Below, in pieces: positions 37,327 through 44,850 of a stretch of DNA of 44,850 nucleotides; position 1 is the stretch's first letter, and each line of letters opens with the position of its first letter. The notes under the pieces were generated by a model, which was not told the DNA's origin, did not search any database, and worked only from the letters and a program-made list of their open reading frames with translations. Location: the sequence record OP434518. The stretch is one strand, 5' to 3'. The DNA comes from Escherichia phage phi458. A program made the translations under genes and the position numbers.

Positions 37327-40194
37327 GTGAATATGGCAGTAAAGATTTCAGGTGTACTGAAAGACGGCACAGGAAAACCGGTACAGAACTGCACAATCCA
37401 GCTGAAAGCAAAACGTAACAGCACCACGGTGGTGGTGAACACGCTGGCCTCAGAAAATCCGGATGAAGCCGGGCGTTACAGCATGGACGTTGAGTACGGT
37501 CAGTACAGCGTTATTCTGTTGGTGGAAGGATTCCCGCCGTCACATGCCGGGACCATCACCGTGTATGAAGATTCCCGACCCGGTACGCTGAATGATTTTC
37601 TCGGTGCCATGACGGAGGATGATGCCCGTCCGGAGGCACTGCGCCGTTTTGAGCTGATGGTGGAAGAGGTGGCGCGTAACGCGTCCGCGGTGGCACAGAA
37701 CACGGCAGCCGCGAAGAAGTCAGCCAGTGATGCCAGCACATCAGCCCGTGAGGCGGCAACCCATGCGACTGATGCTGCAGGCTCAGCACGCGCAGCCAGC
37801 ACGTCAGCCGGACAGGCCGCGTCGTCGGCTCAGTCAGCGACTTCCAGCGCAGGAACGGCATCAACAAAGGCCACTGAAGCATCAAAAAGTGCTGCCGCTG
37901 CAGAGTCCTCAAAAAGCGCGGCAGCTACCAGTGCCAGTGCCGCGAAAACGTCAGAAACGAATGCTGCAGCGTCACAACAATCAGCAGCCACTTCTGCATC
38001 CACCGCGACTACGAAAGCGTCAGAAGCTGCCACCTCAGCCCGGGATGCGGCGGCTTCAAAAGAGGCGGCAAAATCATCAGAAACGAACGCCTCCACAAGC
38101 GCCAGCAGCGCAGCTTCCTCGGCAACGGCGACAGCAAATTCTGCGAAGGCGGCAAAAACGTCCGAGACGAACGCCAAGGCTTCTGAAACGGCAGCGGGAC
38201 AGAGTGCCTCAGCTGCGGCAGGCTCAAAAACAGCGGCTGCGTCGTCTGCCAGTGCCGCGTCAACAAGTGCCGGGCAGGCCTCAGCCAGTGCCACCGCCGC
38301 CGGAAAATCGGCAGAAAGTGCTGCGTCGTCCGCTTCAACAGCCACAACGAAGGCTGGCGAAGCCGCTGTACAGGCCAGCGCAGCAGCGAGGTCTGCTTCC
38401 GCAGCGAAGACATCCGAAACGAATGCGAAAGCGTCGGAAACCCGTGCAGAATCCTCAAAAACGGCAGCCGCATCGTCCGCCAGTTCGGCAGCGTCATCGG
38501 CATCATCTGCGTCTGCTTCAAAAGATGAGGCGACCAGACAGGCGTCAGCAGCGAAGGGCAGCGCCACGACGGCATCCACGAAAGCAACAGAGGCGGCAGG
38601 CAGTGCGACGGCAGCATCTCAGAGCAAAACTGCTGCTGAATCCGCTGCGACCCGTGCGGAAGCTGCTGCTGATCGTGCTGAAGAGATTGCCGGTGCAGTT
38701 GCGATGGAAGACGCAAGCCTTACAACTAAAGGTGTTGTGAAACTTAGCAGTGCTGTTGATAGCACCAGTGAATCGCTGGCCGCAACGCCAAAAGCAGTTA
38801 AAGCAGCCAATGACAATGCGAATAGCAGGGTGCCATCTAACCGAAAAGTTAACGGAAAAGCACTGACTGCGGATATAACATTAACGCCGAAAGATATTGG
38901 TACTTTAAATTCAGTAACGATGTCTTTCTCTGGCGGGGCTGGGTGGTTCAAACTGGCTACGGTTACCATGCCACAAGCGAGTTCCATCGTTTACATCGCA
39001 TTGATTGGTGGCGCTGGTTACAACGTCGGTTCCCCACATCAGGCAGGCATTTCAGAACTGGTTCTACGAGCAGGCAATGGAAACCCCAAAGGAATTACCG
39101 GGGCTTTGTGGAAGCGTACAGCCGTCGGATTAACGAATTTCGCCTGGATCAACACATCCGGCGATACATATGATATTTACGTTGAGATTGGCAATTATGC
39201 GACTCGTGTAAATATCCATTGGGATTGTACTGCAAATGCGACAGTTTCTATTTATACATCGCCAACATATTCAGCGAGTAAGCCTTCCAGCGTTACCGAT
39301 GGTGTTGTTTATACGATGTATAGCACACATCAGAAACCGACGCCGTTAGATATTGGAGCACTGCCAACAACCGGAGGAACAGTTTCAGGTCCGTTGTCTG
39401 TTACAGGTGGATTAACTGGTTCATTGAATGGTAATGCAAGTACAGCCACGAAATTGCAGACGGCAAGATCTATCGGTGGAGTTGTTTTCGACGGTTCTGC
39501 AAATATTAACCTTCCAGGTGTAAACACTACGGGTAATCAGAACACCACTGGTAATGCTGCAACTGCCACAAAACTACAGACTGCACGGAATATCAACGGC
39601 GTTCCGTTTGACGGCACGAAGGATATTACGCTTACGCCTAAAGATCTGGATGCCTACAGCAAAAGCGAAGTACAGAGCGCACTGGCGGGCAAACAACCGC
39701 TGGACAATACGCTGACTAATTTGAGTGGAAAGGATGTAGCTGGTCTTCTCGCATACCTTCAATTGGGAGAAGCGGCAAAACGTAATGTCGGAACCGGTAA
39801 TAATCAACTCCCGGACATGTCCGCATTTGGTATGTCGCGAAACGGACAAACTGCCTGGGATATTCTCCCAAATGGTATGATTCGACAGGTTGGTACTGTG
39901 ACACTGACGCCTGTTGGTAATTTCAACGCAATTACTCTTGGTGGAGTGCTGTACTACACCCATTACTACAGGGTTAATTTCCCCAGACAATTCCCAAATG
40001 CACAAATAGCAACGCTGGCAACACTAGCGAGTTACAGCTTTTCGACCCAGTCATCAATGGCTGGGAAATCACTGGCAACGCATCGCGATACTGATTCTGG
40101 CACTGACGTATCAAGAACGCGATTCACTGTGTCGTATACGACACCCAATCTCGGCGAAATTCCGACTTTGCATTTTGAAGCAATAGGATACTAA
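37327..40194 (+). CDS. stf: Side tail fibre protein with long Ala/Ser/Thr-rich repeat region
   Basis: N-terminus MAVKISGVLKDGTGKPVQNCTIQLKA... matches lambda Stf; about 340 residues of ASxSAxxA-type repeats; divergent C-terminal receptor-binding part. Confidence 0.85.
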   Translation: MNMAVKISGVLKDGTGKPVQNCTIQLKAKRNSTTVVVNTLASENPDEAGRYSMDVEYGQYSVILLVEGFPPSHAGTITVYEDSRPGTLNDFLGAMTEDDARPEALRRFELMVEEVARNASAVAQNTAAAKKSASDASTSAREAATHATDAAGSARAASTSAGQAASSAQSATSSAGTASTKATEASKSAAAAESSKSAAATSASAAKTSETNAAASQQSAATSASTATTKASEAATSARDAAASKEAAKSSETNASTSASSAASSATATANSAKAAKTSETNAKASETAAGQSASAAAGSKTAAASSASAASTSAGQASASATAAGKSAESAASSASTATTKAGEAAVQASAAARSASAAKTSETNAKASETRAESSKTAAASSASSAASSASSASASKDEATRQASAAKGSATTASTKATEAAGSATAASQSKTAAESAATRAEAAADRAEEIAGAVAMEDASLTTKGVVKLSSAVDSTSESLAATPKAVKAANDNANSRVPSNRKVNGKALTADITLTPKDIGTLNSVTMSFSGGAGWFKLATVTMPQASSIVYIALIGGAGYNVGSPHQAGISELVLRAGNGNPKGITGALWKRTAVGLTNFAWINTSGDTYDIYVEIGNYATRVNIHWDCTANATVSIYTSPTYSASKPSSVTDGVVYTMYSTHQKPTPLDIGALPTTGGTVSGPLSVTGGLTGSLNGNASTATKLQTARSIGGVVFDGSANINLPGVNTTGNQNTTGNAATATKLQTARNINGVPFDGTKDITLTPKDLDAYSKSEVQSALAGKQPLDNTLTNLSGKDVAGLLAYLQLGEAAKRNVGTGNNQLPDMSAFGMSRNGQTAWDILPNGMIRQVGTVTLTPVGNFNAITLGGVLYYTHYYRVNFPRQFPNAQIATLATLASYSFSTQSSMAGKSLATHRDTDSGTDVSRTRFTVSYTTPNLGEIPTLHFEAIGY

Positions 40195-40196
40195 AT

Positions 40197-40430
40197 ATGG
40201 AGAATATGTATTTCAGCCCAACGACCGTTGGTTTTTATGTTTCTGAACAAGAGCGACCTGATGATGCGGTTGAAGTCTCGCCAGAGGTGGAGGCATTTTT
40301 GAGGGAGTGTGTTATCTGGGGAGCGGATACATTTAACGTAGAGCGAGATGCAGCAACGGTGACATATCCAACAGAACTGCTTGAATATGTCACCACCTAC
40401 AACGCCCCCGTTAAATATCCTGCGGATTGA
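40197..40430 (+). CDS. Hypothetical 77-aa protein after stf (possible remnant of a tail-fibre chaperone)
   Basis: ORF starts 3 nt after the stf stop; its 3' end overlaps the convergent tfa. Confidence 0.35.
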   Translation: MENMYFSPTTVGFYVSEQERPDDAVEVSPEVEAFLRECVIWGADTFNVERDAATVTYPTELLEYVTTYNAPVKYPAD

Positions 40431-40821
40431 CAGGCCATACGGGTTTTGCTGTATCAACGCGCATCAGCAAGACCCGGTATTTTTTCCATTCAGATAACGC
40501 GGCGGTTTCTTCTGCCGTCGCGATTTCCGCATCAAAAGCATCCTGTCTCCAGGCTATTTCCTTATCAGCCATAGAACGCAATACCGTTCTTTTCTGTTCA
40601 GCCTGAATAATCTGTTGTTCAGCGGAGAGTGGCGGGATATCAATCCACGCAGGATTACCATTTTTATCAGCCCCCAGCGTTTTGCCTTGTGGCGCTACGC
40701 CTGTGTAAATTGCCATTGTTTCATCATCAACATCAACGCCATTTTCAGGCCATGAACCGGCGCTGATATATACCTCTTTTAGTGCTTTCGGATAGAAAGA
40801 GCCTTTATAAAATTTATTCAT
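40411..40821 (-). CDS. tfa: Tail fibre assembly protein, opposite orientation to stf
   Basis: C-terminal motif EIATAEETAALSEWKKYRVLLMRVDT matches the conserved Tfa C-terminus (lambda Tfa ...EAWKKYRVLLNRVDT); start at MNKFYKGSFYP. Confidence 0.8.
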   Translation of the reverse strand: MNKFYKGSFYPKALKEVYISAGSWPENGVDVDDETMAIYTGVAPQGKTLGADKNGNPAWIDIPPLSAEQQIIQAEQKRTVLRSMADKEIAWRQDAFDAEIATAEETAALSEWKKYRVLLMRVDTAKPVWPVNPQDI

Positions 40822-40872
40822 TCTTAATACCCCAGCGCGATAAAACAACAATCTTCGGTGCCCTCTCCGGAT

Positions 40873-40881
40873 GGCGACCAG
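40873..40881. repeat. 9-bp target-site duplication GGCGACCAG, left copy
   Basis: Identical 9-mer immediately flanks both outer IS1 ends (second copy 41731-41739). Confidence 0.75.
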
Positions 40882-40962
40882 GGTGATGCTGCCAACTTAC
40901 TGATTTAGTGTATGATGGTGTTTTTGAGGTGCTCCAGTGGCTTCTGTTTCTATCAGCTGTCC
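40882..40962 (+). mobile_element. 81-bp IS1 left-end fragment (canonical IRL), tandem to the full IS1
   Basis: GGTGATGCTGCCAACTTACTGATTTAGTGTATGATGGTG... ends at CAGCTGTCC and is immediately followed by a second IS1 left end. Confidence 0.8.
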
Positions 40963-41017
40963 GGTAATGCTGCCAACTTACTGATTTAGTGTATGATGGT
41001 GATTTTAAGGTGCTTGC

Positions 41018-41293
41018 GTGGCTTCCATTTCCATCAGATGTCCTTCCTGCTCCGCTACTGAAGGCGTGGTGCGTAACGGCAAAAGCACTGCCGGACATCA
41101 GCGCTATCTCTGCTCTCATTGCCGTAAAACATGGCAACTACAGTTCACTTACACCGCCTCTCAACCCGGTACGCACCAGAAAATCATTGATATGGCCATG
41201 AATGGCGTTGGATGTCGCGCCAGTGCACGCATTATGGGCGTTGGCCTCAACACGGTTTTACGTCACTTAAAAAACTCAGGCCGCAGTCGGTAA
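41018..41293 (+). CDS. insA: IS1 InsA
   Basis: 91 aa [43 protein letters not shown]... zinc-finger/HTH. Confidence 0.9.
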   Translation: MASISIRCPSCSATEGVVRNGKSTAGHQRYLCSHCRKTWQLQFTYTASQPGTHQKIIDMAMNGVGCRASARIMGVGLNTVLRHLKNSGRSR

Positions 41294-41715
41294 CCTCGCG
41301 CATACAACCGGGCAGTGATGTGATTGTCTGCGCGGAAATGGACGAACAGTGGGGCTACGTCGGTGCTAAATCACGTCAGCGCTGGCTGTTTTACGCGTAT
41401 GACAGGATACGGAGGACAGTTGTGGCGCACGTTTTCGGTGAACGCACTCTGGCCACACTGGCGCGTCTTCTGAGCCTGCTGTCGGCCTTTGAGGTCGTGG
41501 TATGGATGACGGATGGCTGGCCGCTGTATGAATCCCGCCTGAAGGGAAAGCTGCACGTTATCAGCAAGCGTTACACTCAGCGCATTGAGCGACATAATCT
41601 GAATCTGAGACAACATCTGGCAAGGCTGGGACGGAAGTTACTGTCGTTCTCAAAATCGGTGGAGCTGCATGACAAAGTCATCGGGCATTATCTGAACATA
41701 AAACACTATCAGTAA
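41212..41715 (+). CDS. insB: IS1 InsB frame (transposase made as InsAB' by -1 frameshift)
   Basis: 167-aa frame overlapping the insA 3' end; TTAAAAAAC slippery motif present. Confidence 0.85.
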   Translation: MSRQCTHYGRWPQHGFTSLKKLRPQSVTSRIQPGSDVIVCAEMDEQWGYVGAKSRQRWLFYAYDRIRRTVVAHVFGERTLATLARLLSLLSAFEVVVWMTDGWPLYESRLKGKLHVISKRYTQRIERHNLNLRQHLARLGRKLLSFSKSVELHDKVIGHYLNIKHYQ

Positions 41716-42146
41716 GTTGGAGTCATTACCGGCGACCAGTTCTGAATACTGATATGCGTTCTGCTGGCAATACGCACATTCATCGCGGCATTGTAGCCAG
41801 ATGTTCCACGGTTTCCGGTCGCAAATAAGCCTGCATAGGGAAAAGCAAATGGTAAGGCATATCCAGCATCAGCTCCCTTTTGTGTTGCCACCGTTCCCCA
41901 CTGCAACATAAGTTTCACCGGGTTTCCTGTCGTCGCAATGCATGGAATGTAGATGTAGCCATTCCCTGACATCATTGACCTGAAGCTGTCTAAATCCAGT
42001 AACTTCGAGGCATTATCTGCTCCAACATCTCGTGTTGCGGCGGTCCCTAACTGGAGCGCATTTCGGAAGGCTGATACATCAGAAATATCAGCTCCATTAG
42101 CCGATTTCTGCATAGCTCCGGAGGCTTTATTTATCGTTTCTCCCAA
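41709..42146 (-). pseudogene. Inverted alternative tail-fibre C-terminal segment (stf'), 3' end disrupted by IS1
   Basis: Minus-strand Gly/Thr/Ala-rich fibre-tip-like ORF that runs 21 nt into the IS1 right end before stopping; sits between the inverted tfa and the invertase remnant. Confidence 0.5.
41731..41739. repeat. 9-bp target-site duplication GGCGACCAG, right copy
   Basis: Same 9-mer as 40873-40881, directly after the IS1 right end. Confidence 0.75.
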
Positions 42147-42222
42147 ACCAACCTTTCAAATATTTTTCTGAATCAGGTGATATTTCGCCTCTTCTCCTGT
42201 TTTTACAACAGGAGAAGCACTC

Positions 42223-42424
42223 ATGATTTACGGGTATGTTCGTGTATCAACAAATCATCAGGATACAGAGTTGCAACGTCTTGCACTTGAGTCAGCTGGC
42301 TGTGAGCGAATTTATGAAGAATATGCCAGTGGCAGAACAGCTAATCGCCCTGTGTTAAAGGAATTAATTACGGTGATGAAAAGTGGAGATGAGTTGATTG
42401 TCTGGAAACTGGACCGGCTGGGAT
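42223..42424 (+). pseudogene. pin: Truncated serine-recombinase DNA invertase (Pin/Gin/Hin family), N-terminal ~67 codons
   Basis: MIYGYVRVSTNHQDTELQRLALESAGCERIYEEYASGRTANRPVLKELITVMKSGDELIVWKLDRLG includes the catalytic-serine motif, then diverges and stops after 92 codons. Confidence 0.75.
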
Positions 42425-42734
42425 TATATAAAACCGCAGACACGTCGTATGCAAGAACTTGCTGCGGCTGGATGGTGGACTTTAGTGCGAGTATTGAATG
42501 ATTTCCATCTATTATAGATTTTACCGTATTTCGGCATGAATGAAACTGAATATCCTCCCACCGACCCTCCATGACTTTACACCACTGTCTCTGGGGCTGC
42601 TATGTGCCAGTAGAGGACGTTGCTAGTGTCAGCCTATGTTAATCAACAGGGAGCAGGTCACACTGTCGTCTCAGAATACCTAGCGCATAGGTCACACGAA
42701 CTTCCAACTGTATTGCTTGTTTTCGTGGCTAAGC

Positions 42735-43889
42735 CTATTTTTGTTGATGATACCAATGCAACATCATCCGGAGCTTCAATAGAGTTGTACTGTCATCATC
42801 CTCAGAACAAAAATTGTATCGCCCGCCTGAATATTCATTTAACTTGTCCAAGTAAAAGCCACCCATTGGGTCATATCTATCAGAGTGGAGCCAAGTAAAC
42901 ATTTTCTGAAGAACGTAATGCAGGGCATTTTTCGGAAGTGTTGAAATCAACACGCCATGCTTAGTTGCTAAATCCTCAATATTCATTTCCTGAAGATTAT
43001 ATCTAATCTCTACTGCAATTGGATGTAGTTTACTTAAAAATACGTCAGCTTCATCCTTGAGATGTGCCTCTTTAACATTCCCCTCGAACAACTTTATTAA
43101 CTCTTCCACTTCCATTCGGTAATAATCGTTATCACCTCGCACCGCAACTTCTGAAAGAAGCAACTTTAACTCAGCATGAATGTTATCAGTAGACGGTATA
43201 ATCTGTTTGGATAGGGTGCTGTAATGTTTTATACGGATTGCTATTACGGAACCCTTTAGGCTTGTTAGATATTTATACCTATCTTCAATATATGTAATTA
43301 GCTCATCGAATTTAATGCCGAAAATAACATCATCTTTCCCTGGCGTGTTGTTGTAAAGGCTTATAGTGAAATCATTTTCATTGAAAGCATGAAAATGAGG
43401 CCAGCTTGCAAACAGTCGCTCACCATCACTATTTTTAAGATTTGTAGGGTGAGCACCAAAGATAGCTCGAATACTCTTAAAGTATGCGTCATCATCCTCA
43501 TGTGAAAGATAGGGCGTTTTATTCTTAAAGACATTCGTTGATTTCTTGAAAGGCCACCTCGCTAACTTATCATCACTCTCAATGATGCGGTGAAGCTGCT
43601 GCAACGCCTCCACAGCAATATCAATAGATGATATAAGGGAGTAAACCTGCATGGCCTTGACATCAATATCTTCCGACAGCTCAGGGAAGTTCATCAGATT
43701 GCGAACAGAAACGCTTATCCAATCCATGCACGAACAGATAGGGCTGAACTGGTTTTTACCATTTCTGTTTATGAAGTAGCTGTAAGCAAACTCCCCTTCA
43801 TTAACCACATCTCGAAAATCAGTTATTAAAGTATCATCAATAGTTACACCAAAATCTGCCTTGGTCATCTTCATGGAAATCACTTTCAA
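42735..43889 (-). CDS. Unrecognised 384-aa cargo protein near attR
   Basis: Long clean ORF in a visibly AT-rich block between the invertase remnant and attR; no motif recognised. Confidence 0.7.
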   Translation of the reverse strand: MKVISMKMTKADFGVTIDDTLITDFRDVVNEGEFAYSYFINRNGKNQFSPICSCMDWISVSVRNLMNFPELSEDIDVKAMQVYSLISSIDIAVEALQQLHRIIESDDKLARWPFKKSTNVFKNKTPYLSHEDDDAYFKSIRAIFGAHPTNLKNSDGERLFASWPHFHAFNENDFTISLYNNTPGKDDVIFGIKFDELITYIEDRYKYLTSLKGSVIAIRIKHYSTLSKQIIPSTDNIHAELKLLLSEVAVRGDNDYYRMEVEELIKLFEGNVKEAHLKDEADVFLSKLHPIAVEIRYNLQEMNIEDLATKHGVLISTLPKNALHYVLQKMFTWLHSDRYDPMGGFYLDKLNEYSGGRYNFCSEDDDSTTLLKLRMMLHWYHQQK

Positions 43890-44267
43890 ATCAGCACACT
43901 TAGAGGTTGATTGTGACCGTTATCATAGGCAAAAACAATTCAGTAGGTTGACCAGCCCTCCCCATAACTCAAAATTGCTCGATTTAAGTATGCATTCCAA
44001 CTTCCGCTCCTCGCTCATAACAGACATTCACTACAGTTATGGTAGAAGGTATGCATGCTGGGTGGGGAAAGTATGAAGGAAAAGAAGGCTGCTGTGTCGT
44101 TTGACATCACTGCAATCTTCTTATTGGTTATGCGGGTCGTAGTGGGACAAAACTGAGACACATAAGGCCTAGCAATGGCTTGCAAGGCTTTACATGTTTT
44201 GATGTGGTGGGACTTGTGAGCGCAGTGTTGATGGGGTAATGCTTTGAATTAGAAGCGGATTCTTATA

Positions 44268-44315
44268 ATTCGTAATGCGAAGGTCGTAGGTTCGACTCCT
44301 ATTATCGGCACCATT
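44268..44315 (+). repeat. attR core (48-bp direct repeat, copy 2)
   Basis: Identical to 1-48; upstream sequence is not tRNA-like, so this is only the duplicated tRNA 3' segment. Confidence 0.9.
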
Positions 44316-44439
44316 AAAATCAAAGAGTTACCCCATATTTAAATACACCACGTTTCCTCCTGTGCCGTATTTGTGCCATTGTAACCTTGGCAATTCATCA
44401 AAATACTGTTCTGACATCAGGCAGTGCAGGTGCAGACAT

Positions 44440-44850
44440 TTAAGCCAATTGCTGCCGCCATTCTTTGACGTAGTCAATCAGGGCGCGGAGCTTTGGTGCA
44501 ATATTGCGACGCTGTGGGAAATACAGATAGAAGCCCGGAAATTGTGGAAGAAAGTCATCAAGCAGCGATACAAGCTTACCGCTTTCAATATATGGCCTGA
44601 AAGTTTCCTGAGTGGCAATTGTTATTCCTCCGCCGGCAAGAGCCAGCCTCAACATCAGACGCAGATCATTAGTCGTAATCTGCGGTTCAATCGCAAGGTC
44701 GAAAGTTCTCCCGTTTTCTTCAAATGGCCAGCGATAAGGCGCAACCTCCGGGGACTGACGCCAGCCGATACACTTATGGGTATTTCCCCCGGAGGCGAGA
44801 AAGCGCTCTCCACGCCCGGCCGCAAGGATCAGGACGACGGGGGCAGGCAT
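44440..44850 (-). CDS. Host LysR-type regulator, 3' portion; upstream part probably beyond the window
   Basis: C-terminal region ends ...PKLRALIDYVKEWRQQLA, typical of a LysR effector-binding domain; ORF runs to the window edge. Confidence 0.5.
   Translation of the reverse strand: MPAPVVLILAAGRGERFLASGGNTHKCIGWRQSPEVAPYRWPFEENGRTFDLAIEPQITTNDLRLMLRLALAGGGITIATQETFRPYIESGKLVSLLDDFLPQFPGFYLYFPQRRNIAPKLRALIDYVKEWRQQLA

Larger units (their letters stand above)
40963..41730 (+). mobile_element. IS1 element, 768 bp, divergent isoform
   Basis: Starts GGTAATGCTGCCAACTTACTGAT and ends ...AAGTTGGAGTCATTACC; contains insA and insB with the A6C frameshift motif at 41269-41275. Confidence 0.9.
1..44315. 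mobile_element. Lambdoid prophage, attL to attR, integrated in tRNA-Thr 3' end
   Basis: 48-bp perfect direct repeat at both ends; integrase next to the left repeat; full set of lambda-like early, replication, lysis, head and tail genes in between. Confidence 0.9.

Noticed and set aside
37727-38740. Long overlapping ORFs (337 aa on +, 249 aa and 235 aa on -) within stf
   Set aside because: Alternative-frame and antisense artefacts of the Ala/Ser repeat tract; the stf frame has the lambda-like N-terminus.
1-44850. CRISPR arrays
   Set aside because: No regularly spaced short direct repeats found; the tandem repeats present are the ori iterons, the stf coding repeats and the IS1 end duplication.

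Overview
The window is essentially one complete lambdoid prophage (~44.3 kb) inserted in the 3' end of a tRNA-Thr(CGT) gene (thrW-type site). It is bounded by a 48-bp perfect direct repeat at 1-48 and 44268-44315. All calls are from reading the sequence and ORF track and from recalled protein families; no database search was run. Layout, left to right: int/xis; an AT-rich accessory block (membrane protein, SAM methyltransferase, PAPS-reductase-like protein); lambda-type early-left genes (exo, bet, gam, kil, cIII, ea10, ral, N); a non-lambda immunity region (hybrid cI, different cro and operators) with an unrecognised 348-aa membrane protein in the rexAB position; lambda cII-oop-O(ori)-P-ren and a reduced nin region; a non-lambda Q; two tRNA-like genes; a phage-21-type lysis cassette; cos, terminase, portal and a fused protease-capsid gene; lambda-type tail genes Z to J, lom and stf; a decayed tail-fibre inversion cassette disrupted by IS1; an AT-rich 384-aa cargo gene; attR; then the 3' part of a host LysR-type regulator. 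The best candidates for an undescribed system are the 348-aa immunity-region protein, the 384-aa right-end cargo gene, and the left-arm membrane/methyltransferase/PP-loop enzyme block.
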